DNA of 64,000 bases, from contig CM059432.1 in NCBI GenBank assembly GCA_030390025.1, positions 34,908,001 to 34,972,000 on the forward strand. The letters run 5' to 3'. Position numbers and translations under genes: made by a program. The DNA comes from Squalus acanthias. Lineage: Eukaryota. Below, in pieces: positions 60,850 to 64,000 of the stretch (position 1 is the first letter of the stretch; every line of letters starts with the position of its first letter). The notes beneath the pieces were generated by a model, which worked only from the letters and a program-made list of their open reading frames with translations, was not told the DNA's origin and searched no databases.

Positions 60850-62237
60850 AATGAAAGAAACACTGGCTTTTATATAGCACCTTACACAACCTCAGGATGT
60901 CTCAAAGTGCTTTATAGCCAATTAGTACTTTTGAAGTGTAGTCACTGTTGTAATATAGGAAACACAGCCGCCAATTTACGCACAGCAAGCTCCCTCAAAC
61001 AGCAATGAAATAAATTACCAGATAATCTATTTTAGGTGTTGGGTTAAATGTTGGCCAGGACACCCTACTGTTCTTTCAATAGTGCCAAGCAATGTTCCCG
61101 CTAATTTTTTTTGGGTGCACGGCCCATTCAATTTCTCACACATGCGCGGTTATTTCAATTGTAAAGCCATTGAGTGGCCTGCGCAGGACCTCCAGATCGC
61201 TGCAAGGCCACACAAAGTTTAGCGCCCGGTGCTAATTGTCGCCTCCGACTGCAAACTTAGCTTCTATCGCCCCTGGAGGTGATTGGAGCGCTAAATCAGG
61301 CGTTGCACACCTCTTTTAAGGCGCTAACGCTGAGGAGCGAGGCGCTACCTCAGAGCGCTGGCGAAGCTCATGTGATGTCAGTTAGCAATGGAACACAGAC
61401 ACACTGGCACCGGCCAGTTCTTAAAGGGGAGGGTCGATCTTGCTCTCCATCCACACCCTGCTCATTGCAGCCTTGAATCTCGGCCTGGAGAGACCTGTAC
61501 ATCAATTCTGCTGGAAAGAACAATGGAGAGGCCCAGGGAAAGAGCTCAGAGTGCAGCCCCAAAGTCTCTTCTAAATCGATGCAAGGAAGGTCAAATCAAA
61601 ATGAACCTGCAAATTGCTGCTCAGTACTCAAAACTCCTTCACACAGTGTTGAATCTCTCCAGAAGTCTCTCTCTCTCTCAGAATGCGTGGTGCAAAAATG
61701 TTGCTGACAAATAAAAGGCAGGAAGCGGCTGCCTTTAAATAGCGCTCCCCCAGTCCCTTCCTGACTGCAAAACGTTCCCCTCAACCTGCCGTTGCTAGCG
61801 GCAGGTGGAAAGGCAGGGGGTGCCACTCAATATCCGGTCCGGGGCGCTACCGGGGCATTGCACGCTCGACTGACGTCACGATCTGCGGGTGCAGGAGATT
61901 GTGGCGGTAGTGTTTAGCGCCGCCACAAAATGTCTGGTCAATTTCGCGAGCGGTGCAAACATCGCCGCGCCCGGGCGCTAGTTGCTTTGCGCCCCTTAGG
62001 GCGCTAACGGGAGGCGCAAAGCAACCGAATTTTTCCCCCTATATGTGCACCTGAGAGTGCAGATGTGGCTTCGGTTTAACATCTCATGTGAAAGACAGCA
62101 CCTGTGACAGTGCAGCACTCCCTCAGTACTGCATTGAAGTGTCTGTCTATATTATGTGCTCAAGTCTCTGGAATGGTTCCTGAATCCACGACCTTCTGAC
62201 ACAAGAGGCGAGAGTGCTACCACTGAACCAAGGCTGA
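60850..62237 (-). mobile_element. Deu SINE interrupted by a hAT-like fragment (61090-61215) and a non-coding derivative of Harbinger G (61216-62039)
   Basis: 61216-61550 matches the reverse of 32395-32720; 61660-62039 matches the reverse of 28683-29090; TIR AATTTTTCCCCC ends 62039. Confidence 0.82.
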
Positions 62238-62489
62238 ATGGGCTGATGGACCATAGTTTAGACATCTTTTAACTATAGTTAAGGATACACACCGCCTGAA
62301 CAACAATGTAAACAATTCTCACACATAGTTATACCTTTGTTACAAAACACCTGCATTGAAGTAATCTTCAGACAGGCAAGTAAACTAGGCCCCAGTCAGA
62401 AAAGCGCCAGATTTGTGGTGCTAAGCAGTAAATACCAGCAGGTCTCAGGTTCAACCCTTGGCCTATATTGAGTGAGCTGATGTTAACCT

Positions 62490-62990
62490 GGGGCAACAAG
62501 GGACACGCAGGAGATTTGACAAATATTGAGGAGAACTGTATAGGATTTAACAAATAGATAGGCAATCAAGTACTGAGGACAAATGGGTTCTATTTAAAAC
62601 CATTCTCAAACAGAATGATGCCATGTATGTCCCAATGGTTAAAAGAAGGGCACATGGCAAAACAAACCCATTATGGTTGACAAGGCATGTGAAGAGGCAA
62701 ATCAGATTAAAACAGAAGGCATTCTACACATTTAAGGAATTTAACTCACAGGAGAACAGGGACAAGTATCACATGCAATTGAGGGAGACAAAAGCAGCCT
62801 TAAAAGTACCCACGAGATCTCTGGAAAAGAAGATGGTGTGCAATTGTGGCAGTAATAGCAAATGCTCTTCCAGCCATGTCAGAAGTCCGAAGACCATTAA
62901 GGGCCACTAAAGGATATTGTAGGGAAGATTCAAGCTTATTGTCAGGTTATGGCAGAGCTGCTAAATAACTATTTCACATCAATCTATAAT
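62490..62990 (+). mobile_element. Old CR1 ORF2 fragment
   Basis: NPLWLTRHVKRQIRLKQKAF resembles the region between CR1 endonuclease and RT. Confidence 0.6.
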
Positions 62991-63002
62991 TTACAGAAAA
63001 TT

Positions 63003-63400
63003 AAGTACTTTTGAAGTGTAGTCACTGTTGTAATGTAGAAATGCGGCAGTCAATTTGCACACAGCAAGGTCCCACAAACAGCAATGAGATAATGACCAGA
63101 TAATCTGTTTTAGTGATGTTGGTTGAGCGATAAATAGTGTCCAGGACACCATGGAGAACTCCCCTTCTCTTCTTCAAAATAGAGCCATGGGAAATTTTAC
63201 GTTCACCTGAGAGGGAAGCCAGGGCCTTGGTCTATCAGATCTCAGCTGAAAGATGGCACCTCTGACAGTTCAGCACTCCCTCAGTACTGCACTGTAGTGT
63301 CAGCCTAGATTATGTGCTCAAGTCTCCTGGCGTGGGACTATGAACCCACAACCTTCTGACTCAGAGGAAAGAGTGCTACCCACTGAGCCACAGCTGACAC
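63003..63400 (-). mobile_element. Deu-domain SINE
   Basis: Homology to other copies including the tRNA-like head. Confidence 0.85.
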
Positions 63401-64000
63401 CTGAGAGAATATGGGGATTTGAAGAAGAACAGGGAGTTCTCCTGGTGTCCTAGCCAACATTGCTGCCACTGCCACCACAAAAAACAGATTAACTTGCCAT
63501 TCATCTCATTGCTGTCTGTGGGACCTTGCTGTGTGCAAAATGGCAGCCGCAAAGTGCTCAGAGATGTGATACAGTTCTCTGTGGATGCAGAATAAAGTTT
63601 CCTTTTACACTGTCCCATCAAGAAACCCAAGATCAGGTCAGATAGGATAAAAAAAAGCAGTAACTGATGCTCCTGGCATGGGACTTCACCCAGCAGCTGG
63701 GCATATTTGGAAATCGGGTGCACAATGCTGACAATGTTGGACCAGTTGGATCCAGATTGGCCTGAGTCTGTCTGCAAGACAAAGTTGTAAGCCCTGACTG
63801 AGCAACTGTATATAAATTCATCCTTCAACACTGGAAAACTTAAAAATAGTCCAAACATGAAGGAAACACATGTACCTGCCAACCATTGTTTCCATGAAAG
63901 CTCCATGACATTAAGTTACTGTGGCAGGATGTCAACTTCACTGGTGCTCCTCAGGAAGAGAAACCCAGAGTCAGAATACATCTGCAGGCTATTTCTGAAG

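Overview
Repeat-dense vertebrate genomic DNA, most likely from a shark or other elasmobranch (inferred from HE1-type V-SINEs, Deu-domain SINEs and shark-like CR1 tails). The only host gene I recognise is the 3' half of tmie (transmembrane inner ear protein, + strand): a 150-bp coding exon at 17835-17984 and a terminal exon at 52707-53044, separated by a ~34.7-kb intron. Most of the rest is transposon-derived. Bases 1-15.2 kb are a multi-layer nest: one CR1 is interrupted by a two-gene PIF/Harbinger element, two Harbinger derivatives and a SINE. That Harbinger carries an RTE LINE with a 65-bp target duplication and a second complete Harbinger, which in turn carries a Penelope GIY-YIG fragment. 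A third Harbinger (28683-32774) retains TIRs, an open DDE transposase and an open spliced Myb/SANT partner gene. Penelope-derived inserts with 13-15 bp TSDs carry a minimal hammerhead-ribozyme motif, and three ~230-bp copies are fold-back hairpins centred on that motif. Many CR1 fragments, SINEs, MITEs and minisatellites fill the remainder. All calls are by eye; family names and repeat boundaries without TSD support are approximate.
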